Shown: positions 35,879 through 44,306 of the stretch, one piece after another
How the letters are laid out: every line of letters starts with the position of its first letter
Position numbering within the stretch: the first letter of the stretch is position 1
Source of the DNA: Candidatus Zambryskibacteria bacterium RIFCSPHIGHO2_01_FULL_46_25
Lineage (GTDB): Bacteria > Patescibacteriota > Minisyncoccia > Phycocordibacterales > Zambryskibacteraceae
Reading direction: 5' to 3'
DNA: 64,000 bases
Assembly: GCA_001825155.1 (NCBI GenBank)
Contig: MHVH01000006.1
Coordinates: 4,939 to 68,938 of the forward strand
Translations under genes and position numbers: made by a program
Notes under the pieces: generated by a model
What the model saw: the letters and a program-made list of their open reading frames with translations, nothing else
The model's database searches: none
Told to the model about the DNA's origin: nothing

Positions 35879-36721
35879 TCAGCTGACGAGAAGTCTCGCC
35901 AGGGCTCCCCATTTTTCGGCTGGAAGGTCTTCAGCTCTCAAGTTTGGGTCCAAGTTGAGTTTTCCGAAAGCTTCATTCACCTTTTTCTTGTCAAAGTGCT
36001 TGGAAAGATTCGATGAGAGCTTCTTTCTCTTGGATTGGAAGCCTGCTTTGAGCAATTTGAAGAAAAATTCTTCCGAAATTGTGGACGCTCGGCTTCCACG
36101 ATTGAAGAAATTCCTAGAAATGTCCTCGACTGTGATGATTGCCGAATCCACCTTCGGCGCAGGAGCAAATGAGCCCGCCTTGACTGTTTCCACATACCGC
36201 GGTCTCCCGTAAACCTTGACCGAAATCGACAAAATACTCTCTTTCGTGAACGCCTGGCGTCCACGCCCACCCACTATTCTTTCTGCCACCTCTTTTTGAA
36301 CCAGAAGCACCATGCGCTTGGGCTGACACTCAGCGGACAAAAACTTTTTCAGAATCGCGCCGGTTATGTTGTAAGGAATGTTGGCGACAACTTTGTAATT
36401 TTCTTGCCTGCCGGCAGGCAGGGCAATTTTCAATTTAAAATTTTCAATTTCGAAATTCAGGATGTCATCATGAATCAGAATTAATTTCCCAGAATTTATC
36501 TCGTTTTGAAATTTGATTTTTAAATTTTCATATAAATTATCATCTTTCTCTACCGCGACAACTTTCGCACCGGTTTCCAAAAGTTTTTCAGTTAGTGCTC
36601 CCGTGCCGGGACCAATTTCTAAGACTGTGTCGCCGGAATTCAATCTTCCTGCCTCGACAATCGCGGCAAGAGCGCGTTCGGATTTTAAAAAATGCTGACC
36701 CAGAGATTTTTTCGCTCTCAT
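35879..36721 (-). CDS. ksgA: 16S rRNA (adenine1518/1519-N6)-dimethyltransferase KsgA/RsmA
   Basis: LGQHFL; SAM motif LEIGPGTGALT; NIPYNITG; carries in-frame repeat insertions at 36425-36458 and 36077-36100. Confidence 0.85.
   Translation of the reverse strand: MRAKKSLGQHFLKSERALAAIVEAGRLNSGDTVLEIGPGTGALTEKLLETGAKVVAVEKDDNLYENLKIKFQNEINSGKLILIHDDILNFEIENFKLKIALPAGRQENYKVVANIPYNITGAILKKFLSAECQPKRMVLLVQKEVAERIVGGRGRQAFTKESILSISVKVYGRPRYVETVKAGSFAPAPKVDSAIITVEDISRNFFNRGSRASTISEEFFFKLLKAGFQSKRKKLSSNLSKHFDKKKVNEAFGKLNLDPNLRAEDLPAEKWGALARLLVS
36077..36100. repeat. REP-like palindrome copy 1 (inside ksgA, translated RGSRAST)
   Basis: aattgtggacgctcggcttccacg; the 27-mer aaattgtggacgctcggcttccacga is identical to copy 2. 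Confidence 0.85.
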
Positions 36722-36735
36722 TTGATGTTTACCAA

Positions 36736-37392
36736 TTAAATCCCCGTTTCTTCCAACTCTTCCAATAAAATTTTTCTTTCAATAATACCCCGCAAACTCT
36801 CTTCAGCAAATTTTTTATACTCCGCTCTATTTTTAAACTGCTCCAAAATCCTTTCTTTAGCGCAAATCGGTTCGGGGAAATTTTTATTCATATACTCTTC
36901 CCAGCTTGTTTGACAAATTGTGGACGCTCGGCTTCCACGACTATGAGCTAGGTGATTTAAATTTATATATGCGCTCAAATGAAGCAAATATTCATTTGTG
37001 TCTATAAGTTTTGCCTTAAATTTCCCCTGGAATAAAGAACCGGATCTTTTATATTTCGCGTTGAAATACTTACTAAATCCGGTGCCTAAGCGATGCATAA
37101 ACTTTTCAATCCCCTTTTCTGATACTTGTTCAAGCATAAAATGAAAGTGATTCGGATTGATGCCGTAAACAGTGAACTTTACCAAGGGTTTTCCCTCAGT
37201 TGTGGAAGCTCGGCTTCCACGTTTGCGTTCCCTATTCTCGTAGATGCTTCCTATGGGCTTTATCGTGTTGAACTCTCTCATACTTTTTATGAATCGTTCT
37301 AAATCCTTATGTTCCAAAAGAATTTTTCTTCCGTCAACTCCACGGTTGTAAATGTGGTAATACTCTTTTTCTACAAATGGGATATCACGCAT
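36736..37392 (-). CDS. IS200/Y1 HUH transposase-like protein, probable REP-associated tyrosine transposase (RAYT)
   Basis: YHIYNRG N-terminus, HUH motif NHFHFML, C-terminal LSAYINLNHL tyrosine region; contains two in-frame copies of the palindrome. Confidence 0.55.
   Translation of the reverse strand: MRDIPFVEKEYYHIYNRGVDGRKILLEHKDLERFIKSMREFNTIKPIGSIYENRERKRGSRASTTEGKPLVKFTVYGINPNHFHFMLEQVSEKGIEKFMHRLGTGFSKYFNAKYKRSGSLFQGKFKAKLIDTNEYLLHLSAYINLNHLAHSRGSRASTICQTSWEEYMNKNFPEPICAKERILEQFKNRAEYKKFAEESLRGIIERKILLEELEETGI
36917..36940. repeat. REP-like palindrome copy 2 (inside the transposase ORF, translated SRGSRASTI)
   Basis: aattgtggacgctcggcttccacg. Confidence 0.85.
37198..37222. repeat. REP-like palindrome copy 3 (inside the transposase ORF, translated KRGSRASTT)
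   Basis: cagttgtggaagctcggcttccacgt; perfect 8-bp stem gtggaagc/gcttccac with 3-nt loop. Confidence 0.85.
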
Positions 37393-37409
37393 TCATAATA
37401 TCTTAACAC

Positions 37410-37434
37410 AATTGTGGAAGCTCGGCTTCCACAG
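37410..37434. repeat. REP-like palindrome copy 4 (intergenic, about 20 nt upstream of the transposase start)
   Basis: caattgtggaagctcggcttccaca. Confidence 0.85.
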
Positions 37435-37452
37435 GACCTGCACACACAGAAA

Positions 37453-39417
37453 TCAGAAATCTATCTCAAGTAAGGGTTTTCCTTCCCTTCTTCGCGAAGT
37501 TTCTTCGCTAACTTCTTCTTCCATCAGATTTTCCGGAATGTCGAAAATAAATTCCGACGGAGTATTGGCTCGTGTTCGGCCGAAAACGGTGCGCGTTTGC
37601 GCGTAAGTAAGAAAAACTTTTTTTCTCGCTCGCGTGAGCGCCACATAGAAAAGGCGGCGCTCCTCCTCCGCTTCTTCGGGTGTTATATACGTTTCCTTCA
37701 TCTTCTGATGCGGAAATAATCCGTCCTCTAGTCCGGCGACGAATACAATGTCGAATTCGAGCCCTTTTGCGGCGTGAACCGTCATAAGTCTGACCGCCCT
37801 TCTCTCTTCCTTCAGTTCGTCCTGGTCGCTCTGTAGGGCCGTTTCTGAGAGAAATGCCTGTACGCCTTCCTCACTAGGAAGCTCATTGTATCTGGTGGCA
37901 AAATTAACCAACTCGTACGCATTTTCGAGCCTTGCCGCACCGTCTTCTCCTCCCTCTTTCCACTCTGTTTCTAACCCAGACTCTTTGATAATAAAGAGAA
38001 TAGTTTCAGAAATTTTTTGCTCTTTGGCAATCATGGCAATTTTTTCCAACAGTTTACGGAAAGAACTGATTTTCGACTTCATGCCGATGGGCAATGCGGT
38101 TTCCTGGCCGGAGAACATTCTGACAATAGTCGTTTTACCTATGCCGCGCGCCGGCGTGTTGATGACGCGTTTGAGATCGGTAAGACACTCCGGGTTAAGG
38201 GCGGCGCGCAGGTAAGAAATAATGTCTTTCACTTCTTTGCGCTCGAAGAATCTGGTGCCGAGAATTTGGTACGGCACGCCCTCGTTCATAAAGGCTTCTT
38301 CGAGCGCTCGCGACTGAAAGTTGGCGCGGTAAAGCACGGCAATCTCGCCGGGGTCGGCGCTGGCGGCTATGAGATTCTTGGATTTTGAAGCGATGAAGCT
38401 TGCCTCGCTTGTTTCGTCGAGGCAAGAGACTGTACTAATTTTCTCTCCCGCCTGGTTTTCGGTAAAGAGATTTTTTTTCCGCCTGATTTTATTTTTCTCA
38501 ATGACGGCATTGGCCGCTTCGAGGATTGTCTTGGTCGAGCGGTAGTTCTCCTCAAGCGTGAATGTTTGCGCCCCCGGGTAGTCGTCTTCGAAGGCGAGAA
38601 TATTTTTGATATCCGCGCCGCGCCAGGAATAAATATTCTGGTCTATGTCGCCGACAACGCAGATATTTTGCTCGGGGCCGGTAAGCATGCGCGAAATTTC
38701 ATACTGCACTCTGTTCGTATCCTGGTATTCGTCGATGTGAATGTATTTCCAAACATTCTGGTAGTAACCACGCACGAACGAATCGTTTCTTAAAAGATTG
38801 CCGGTCTTGAGCAGCAAGTCATCGAAGTCGAGCGCGTTCTCCCGCTCAAGAGATTTTTCATATACCGGCCAGACTTGCCCCACTACGTCCATGAAGTAGC
38901 CTCCTTCGCCCACGCTTGCCCATTCCTCCACGCCTATGCCCTTGCCCTTGAGTTTTGAAATAATGCTTAAAATCGCGCCCGGTTCATGGGTTTTCGGGTC
39001 AAGTCCGATGGAAACAATCGCTTCTTTTACTGTTTTCTTGCTGTCATCTCGGTCGAAGATGGAGAAATGTTTCTTGAGCCCCGCCTTGCCGGCATGTTCA
39101 CGCAATATGTGGACGCCGAGAGAGTGAAAGGTGCTGACAAAAGGTCTTTCGCTCATCGAGATTGGGCGATTGATATCGGGGTCGGACGCAAGCCTTGCGG
39201 AAATGCGGTCGCGCATCTCCTTCGCCGCCTTATTGGTGAAAGTAATGGCAAGAATATTGGATGGCGCCACTCCGGAATGGACGAGATGGCGGATGCGCTC
39301 GGTTATAGTCTTGGTTTTGCCCGCTCCGGCTCCCGCCAGTATGAGAACCGGTCCTTCGGTTGCTTCGACGGCCCTTTTTTGCTCCGAGTTGAGAGAGTGC
39401 ATAAGGTACTGGCACAC
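37453..39417 (-). CDS. UvrD/PcrA-family ATP-dependent DNA helicase
   Basis: Walker A AGAGAGKTKTI; helicase motifs (DEYQDTN, VGDIDQNIY, VHAAKGLEFD). Confidence 0.85.
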   Translation of the reverse strand: MCQYLMHSLNSEQKRAVEATEGPVLILAGAGAGKTKTITERIRHLVHSGVAPSNILAITFTNKAAKEMRDRISARLASDPDINRPISMSERPFVSTFHSLGVHILREHAGKAGLKKHFSIFDRDDSKKTVKEAIVSIGLDPKTHEPGAILSIISKLKGKGIGVEEWASVGEGGYFMDVVGQVWPVYEKSLERENALDFDDLLLKTGNLLRNDSFVRGYYQNVWKYIHIDEYQDTNRVQYEISRMLTGPEQNICVVGDIDQNIYSWRGADIKNILAFEDDYPGAQTFTLEENYRSTKTILEAANAVIEKNKIRRKKNLFTENQAGEKISTVSCLDETSEASFIASKSKNLIAASADPGEIAVLYRANFQSRALEEAFMNEGVPYQILGTRFFERKEVKDIISYLRAALNPECLTDLKRVINTPARGIGKTTIVRMFSGQETALPIGMKSKISSFRKLLEKIAMIAKEQKISETILFIIKESGLETEWKEGGEDGAARLENAYELVNFATRYNELPSEEGVQAFLSETALQSDQDELKEERRAVRLMTVHAAKGLEFDIVFVAGLEDGLFPHQKMKETYITPEEAEEERRLFYVALTRARKKVFLTYAQTRTVFGRTRANTPSEFIFDIPENLMEEEVSEETSRRREGKPLLEIDF

Positions 39418-39450
39418 TATATCATATGGCGCTATAATGGGTTTACATCA

Positions 39451-40443
39451 ATGAAAAAACGTGCTCCCATGGCTCCGTTGAGCCATTTCGTCATATTAGG
39501 GCTTGTTCTCTCACCTCTCCTGGTTCTCGCCAGGAGCCAGGCTGGGCAAATATTACGCATGCCGGAAAGCAAAGAGTCGGGTAATTCCCAAACTATGAAT
39601 CTTCTTGAAGGCTATCTTAATTGGAACCCCGCCGGCATCGGCGGGCCTATTCTCGCGATAGTCGACAGCACTGCTCTCGAGGCGGGCAGAATAGGCGGCG
39701 AAACATTCGTAGAGCAAGGTGGGTTAGGCACCGGCCAGATTAGCATCTATGTCGTACAAGCGGACGATACTCTAAGCGAGATTGCCGAGACGCACAGGGT
39801 TTCCACAAACACTATAATTTGGGCCAATGATTTAAGGGGAAGTACCATTAAAGAAGGTCAAGAACTGCTTATTTTGCCTATCTCCGGCGTGCGCCATATT
39901 ATCAAGTCTGGTGACACACTACAGTCAATTGCGAAAAGTTATAAAGCCGAACTTGACGACATTCTTTCATACAACGACCTTTCAACCGACTCCAAAATTA
40001 AGGTGGGCGATGCGATTATCATTCCCAATGGAGTAATCAGCGCGTCAGCCAACATCAAGTCCTCTTTAACGCAAACCTCCTCAAGCCTGCCGACTTACTC
40101 CGGCTATTACTTGCGTCCGATAACTGGCGGTAGGAAAAGCCAGGGCATTCACGGCTATAACGGTGTTGATTTAGCCGCTCCGGCGGGCACTCCTATCATG
40201 GCTTCCGCGGACGGCACGGTCATCATAGCAAGAACAAGCGGCTACAACGGAGGCTACGGACTCTATGTCGTAATCAAGCACTCAAACGGCACTCAGACGC
40301 TCTACGCGCATATGTCGAAAGTAAATGTCGTGGTGGGCCAGCAGGTTTCCCAGGGTGAGATTATCGGCGCTGTCGGCAACACCGGCCACTCCACCGGTCC
40401 CCACGTCCACTTCGAAATCAGAGGAGCAAAGAATCCATTTTAG
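39451..40443 (+). CDS. LysM-domain M23-family peptidoglycan metallopeptidase
   Basis: Start set at MKKRAPMA (signal peptide); two LysM repeats; M23 motifs HGYNGVDLAAPAGTPI and GNTGHSTGPHVHFEI. Confidence 0.8.
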   Translation: MKKRAPMAPLSHFVILGLVLSPLLVLARSQAGQILRMPESKESGNSQTMNLLEGYLNWNPAGIGGPILAIVDSTALEAGRIGGETFVEQGGLGTGQISIYVVQADDTLSEIAETHRVSTNTIIWANDLRGSTIKEGQELLILPISGVRHIIKSGDTLQSIAKSYKAELDDILSYNDLSTDSKIKVGDAIIIPNGVISASANIKSSLTQTSSSLPTYSGYYLRPITGGRKSQGIHGYNGVDLAAPAGTPIMASADGTVIIARTSGYNGGYGLYVVIKHSNGTQTLYAHMSKVNVVVGQQVSQGEIIGAVGNTGHSTGPHVHFEIRGAKNPF

Positions 40444-40461
40444 AAATTTAAATTAAAATAT

Positions 40462-40773
40462 ATGGATCGAAAATTAGCTCAAGAAATTATTGATGAGCTG
40501 GCTCCATATAGACGAAATACTGGAGCGGTTTGGGGAATAGAGCATGATTTTGTTGATAAAATTCCAAACTCACGTATTGGGGTTTCTTTTTATGAAATGG
40601 ATCACGAACAAATCGAAGATTTTTTAAATGCTGATGATAAGGAAAAATTTGATATGGCTTATTGGGCAGAAAGATATAGAGAAAAAGTAGCATCAAGACA
40701 TGGATTTTATATAGGGATTTCTGTAGGAATAATAATCACTATTATATTTTTCTCCGTTGTTTTAAGTGGTTGA
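40462..40773 (+). CDS. small hypothetical protein with C-terminal TM helix
   Basis: ORF track; AT-rich. Confidence 0.35.
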   Translation: MDRKLAQEIIDELAPYRRNTGAVWGIEHDFVDKIPNSRIGVSFYEMDHEQIEDFLNADDKEKFDMAYWAERYREKVASRHGFYIGISVGIIITIIFFSVVLSG

Positions 40774-40784
40774 TTCAGTTTTAA

Positions 40785-41258
40785 TTATTTTTTATGTTTC
40801 TTCTGCCAGCTTCCTTTACTTGTATCATAATGAGTTCCTCGTACAGCAATCACGAAAAAGATTTTTTCTTTTTCCAGTAGACTAAAAAACATCCTTACAT
40901 CTTGTTTCTTTTTCTCATGAATAAACTTAATTTCATGGACCTCTTCGTCCTCGTATAGACCTCTGTATAAATCCTTATACTCCCCATCTCTCTTGATTGG
41001 TTTGATTTCGGTATGGCTAGTATTAGACAAAAAATTTGTTTTATTTGTAAAGTGCACGCCAACATCCCTCATAACATGAAGAGCTGCTTGAGAATTTTCT
41101 AACGTCATTCCATCGATTTGGCATTCTTTCTTTTTATATTTGATAAAAGACATATAGAAAGGGGAGGCTTCTGGTGCCTCATCTTCTTGTGGTAGAGTCG
41201 TGGCTGTTGGAGGGATTGGACCAGCTTGAACTGGCTCTGCACTATCTGTGTCTGACAT
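40785..41258 (-). CDS. candidate toxin partner of the Panacea antitoxin (no recognised family)
   Basis: 157 aa; overlaps the upstream Panacea gene by 17 nt, same strand; AT-rich. Confidence 0.35.
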   Translation of the reverse strand: MSDTDSAEPVQAGPIPPTATTLPQEDEAPEASPFYMSFIKYKKKECQIDGMTLENSQAALHVMRDVGVHFTNKTNFLSNTSHTEIKPIKRDGEYKDLYRGLYEDEEVHEIKFIHEKKKQDVRMFFSLLEKEKIFFVIAVRGTHYDTSKGSWQKKHKK

Positions 41259-41751
41259 TGTCAGCCGAGAGTTTCAATTTTGAATAAAAATCAAACATAT
41301 CCTTAATAGATATTTCCTTGTCAGTACCAATGTGGGCTTCTATTCCTACTCGGGCTTTCTTCCACGGATCTTCAGAGTGAGTTAGGTATTCTAAATATTG
41401 TCCGTCGTATGCACCATATACATTCCAAACATTCTCCATGTGCTCTATCTTATCGGACGAAATTGAATTGAATGTTCCTCCGTCTATCTTTTTGGTAATT
41501 GGCTCAAATCCGAATCTTTTGTATTCTAAATATATTTCTCTAACAGCTGGACCGTGTATCCAAGCTTCAATTTTTTCATCGAACAACTTTTCTTTTTTAA
41601 GGGCTACAAACCAGGCTTGAGCATAATAGATCAGCTTTTGGAGCTTTTTGTTGGTTATGGGCTTGCCATCAACCTGGGCTTTCCATATGAAGTACTCGGC
41701 AACTTGCTGAGCACTTAACAGTTTAGGTCGAGCCATTAGATAAAGTGCCAA
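41242..41751 (-). CDS. Panacea (DUF4065, SocA-like) antitoxin-domain protein
   Basis: KLQKLIYYAQAWFVALKKEKLFDEKIEAWIHGPAVREIY matches the Panacea core. Confidence 0.6.
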   Translation of the reverse strand: MALYLMARPKLLSAQQVAEYFIWKAQVDGKPITNKKLQKLIYYAQAWFVALKKEKLFDEKIEAWIHGPAVREIYLEYKRFGFEPITKKIDGGTFNSISSDKIEHMENVWNVYGAYDGQYLEYLTHSEDPWKKARVGIEAHIGTDKEISIKDMFDFYSKLKLSADNVRHR

Positions 41752-41865
41752 TACTATTATTACACTTCTAGGAAAAGCAGCAATAGCCTAATCCACAACT
41801 TTCTGCAATTTGTGCATAATAAGACTTAAAATAAGGGGAATTCTTACTGTTTACATGTTCGATTT

Positions 41866-43395
41866 CTATATATCAAATTTCTTCGGCCTGTACTCTACTG
41901 CTTCGAGGATGTGGGGACCCTTGACTATATCCGAACCCTCTAGGTCGGCGATGGTGCGGGCCACCTTTATCATCCGGTGATACACGCGGGGCGAGAAGCC
42001 AAGGCGTTCAGCCGCCATGTTGAGCATTTTCTCCGCTTCTTTCTCAAGCTTCACGTGCAAGACCAATTCTTTCGCGCCCATCTCGCCATTCTTTGTGATT
42101 TTCTTACCGGAGAATCTTTCTAACTGAATTTCCCTCGCTCGAGAAACTTTTTTTCTAAATATTTCACTTTCTTCCCCCGTCCTACCCTCACTCCCCAATT
42201 CGTGCGGTAGAATTCGGTCCACTTCGAGCCAGATGTCTATCCTGTCTATGATGGGCCCGGACATTTTTCTTCTGTATCTCTGGAGAGCGGAAGGCGTGCA
42301 GATGCATTGCTTGCCGCGGAAGCCGTAATTGCCGCAAGGGCATGGATTCATAGCGGCAATGAGGAGAACATTGGCCGGGAAATGCGCCGTGCCCTTCGCC
42401 CGTGCAACGGATATCACCTTGTCTTCCAAAGGCTGTCTCAAGCTTTCTATCACTCGCCTCTCGAATTCCGGGAATTCATCCATGAAGAGCACTCCATGAT
42501 GCGCCAGGGTAATCTCTCCGGGGCGTGGCGTGGCTCCGCCGCCAATGAGTGAAACGTATGAGGCGGTATGGTGTGGCGCCCGGAATGGCGGATTAGTAAT
42601 GAATGTTTCCTGCAACGTGCCTGCAACCGAGTGGATGCCTGTCGCCTCCAGGGCTTCTTCAAAATTGAGCTTGGGTAATATTCCGGCAAACGCTTTGGCA
42701 AGCATGGTCTTGCCCGTGCCCGGAGGGCCGTACATAGCCACGTTATGCCCGCCGGCGGCGGCGATGAGGAGACCCCTCTTCGCTCTCTCCTGCCCTCTCA
42801 CGTCGGCAAAGTCGGTGGGGGTAATGACTAGTTCTTCGTCGAGTTTGGTAAGTTCTTCGGCATCAAGCGCTTCTTCTTCGGTAAGATGTTCTATAACTTG
42901 TTTCAAACTAGAGATGGCATACACGAGGATACCTTCGATAAGCGCCGCTTCGCGCGCATTCTCGACTGGCACAAAAATTTCTTTGAATCCTTTTTCTTTC
43001 GCAAATCTCGCAATAGGAAGAATGCCACGCACCGGGCGAACTTTCCCATCGAGGGAAAGTTCGCCCAAGAAAATTTTCTTCTCCGGGTCGAACTCTATTT
43101 CATCATTTGCCAATAGATACGATAGCGCGATAGCGAGGTCGAAAGATGCGCCCGCTTTCTCGAGAGAAGCGGGCGCGAGCGATATGACAATCTTGTGATT
43201 ATTGTTCTTCGGCGATTTAAAACCGGAATTTTTTATCGCGGCGCTTACTCTGTCTCTCGCTTCTTCAACCGCTTTGTCCGGCAAGCCGACGATGGCAAAA
43301 GCAAAAAGGCTACCTCTCGTAATATCTGTTTCAACGGAAATCGGCGTGACATTAAGCAAACTCGTCTGCGCGGAATAAACTTTCGAGAAACTCAT
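41866..43395 (-). CDS. YifB/ComM-family Mg-chelatase-like AAA+ ATPase
   Basis: Start set at MSFSKVYSA; N-terminal Lon-like VGLPD; Walker A GPPGTGKTML; C-terminal ChlI-type motifs. Confidence 0.8.
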   Translation of the reverse strand: MSFSKVYSAQTSLLNVTPISVETDITRGSLFAFAIVGLPDKAVEEARDRVSAAIKNSGFKSPKNNNHKIVISLAPASLEKAGASFDLAIALSYLLANDEIEFDPEKKIFLGELSLDGKVRPVRGILPIARFAKEKGFKEIFVPVENAREAALIEGILVYAISSLKQVIEHLTEEEALDAEELTKLDEELVITPTDFADVRGQERAKRGLLIAAAGGHNVAMYGPPGTGKTMLAKAFAGILPKLNFEEALEATGIHSVAGTLQETFITNPPFRAPHHTASYVSLIGGGATPRPGEITLAHHGVLFMDEFPEFERRVIESLRQPLEDKVISVARAKGTAHFPANVLLIAAMNPCPCGNYGFRGKQCICTPSALQRYRRKMSGPIIDRIDIWLEVDRILPHELGSEGRTGEESEIFRKKVSRAREIQLERFSGKKITKNGEMGAKELVLHVKLEKEAEKMLNMAAERLGFSPRVYHRMIKVARTIADLEGSDIVKGPHILEAVEYRPKKFDI

Positions 43396-43413
43396 GCATA
43401 GATTATATATCAT

Positions 43414-43446
43414 GCAAACGAAAAGGCGCTGACCGGTGTCAGCGCC
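43414..43446 (-). terminator. intrinsic terminator-like hairpin plus U-tract on the minus strand, about 20 nt upstream of the yifB start
   Basis: Minus strand reads ggcgctgacaccggtcagcgcc then ttttcgtttg. Confidence 0.5.
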
Positions 43447-43615
43447 TCCGGTGTGCGTGTCTAGCCTAGATAGTACTTATAGTTATAAAAAATACTACCG
43501 GTGTCTTTCCTTATGTAATTTCACATTCCCTAAGAAATCCGGATTTTAGCGATAAGGCAGCGGGCGAAGCCCTACGCTGTCGCAAGGAGCTTGATAGTGG
43601 TATATTAGAAGTAAT

Positions 43616-43897
43616 ATGCGTAAGAAAAAGCAAAAACAAGTATCTCGTAATAACGGCTTATTGGCTTTAAAAACCGATGAAGCTTATATCACCTATGACA
43701 AAGAAGCTGATGCCGCCTATTTCTCCGTGAAAAAAGGCAAAGTGGCAAAAACTATTCAGTTGGACGAATGGCTTCTGGCTGACGTAAACAAGAAAGGGGC
43801 GCTTCTTGGTATTGAAATGCTTTTTGTTTCTCTTCGCGCTCCTAAACATTCAATAATTTCTTCTCTAAAGACTGGAAGAATTCCTGTTTTTGCTTAG
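43616..43897 (+). CDS. DUF2283-family small protein
   Basis: YDKEADAAYFSV...GALLGIEML pattern typical of DUF2283. Confidence 0.45.
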   Translation: MRKKKQKQVSRNNGLLALKTDEAYITYDKEADAAYFSVKKGKVAKTIQLDEWLLADVNKKGALLGIEMLFVSLRAPKHSIISSLKTGRIPVFA

Positions 43898-43903
43898 AAA
43901 ACT

Positions 43904-44272
43904 CTATACTACATCCACGTGTTCCTTGCATGTCCTTGCCGAGGGGTTCGCCTCGAGACGGTCTCCCTCGATTTCTTTCTGGCAGACTTGGCAGATGCCG
44001 TAGGTGCCATGCTTAATCTTGTCGAGACCACTTTTGACATCGTTGTAACGGGTCTCGAGCGTGGTAACAATTGCCTTATTACTGTCATATTCTTCTAGAT
44101 TATCAGCAGCGGTATTCTCATCAGCTTGCGAGGTGTCGCGATCTACGGGAGGCGTGGCTTCCCAGTCCGAAGGATTATCGGGATTGACGCGGCCGACCTT
44201 CTCAAGCTCTTTCTCAAGCAATTTTTTCTCGGCTTTGAGCTTCTCTTTGAAGTGTTCGTAATTGATAGTCAT
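43904..44272 (-). CDS. DksA/TraR-family C4 zinc-finger protein
   Basis: C-terminal CQVCQKEIEGDRLEANPSARTCKEH zinc finger; coiled-coil N-terminus. Confidence 0.7.
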   Translation of the reverse strand: MTINYEHFKEKLKAEKKLLEKELEKVGRVNPDNPSDWEATPPVDRDTSQADENTAADNLEEYDSNKAIVTTLETRYNDVKSGLDKIKHGTYGICQVCQKEIEGDRLEANPSARTCKEHVDVV

Positions 44273-44306
44273 ATATTGGATTTGAATAAGTGTATCAGAG
44301 TGAGTG

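Noticed and set aside
38986-39450. N-terminal extension of the LysM-M23 peptidase ORF (called from 38986), and ORF 39131..39454
   Set aside because: They overlap the uvrD/pcrA coding region on the other strand. A signal peptide begins at the internal Met at 39451.
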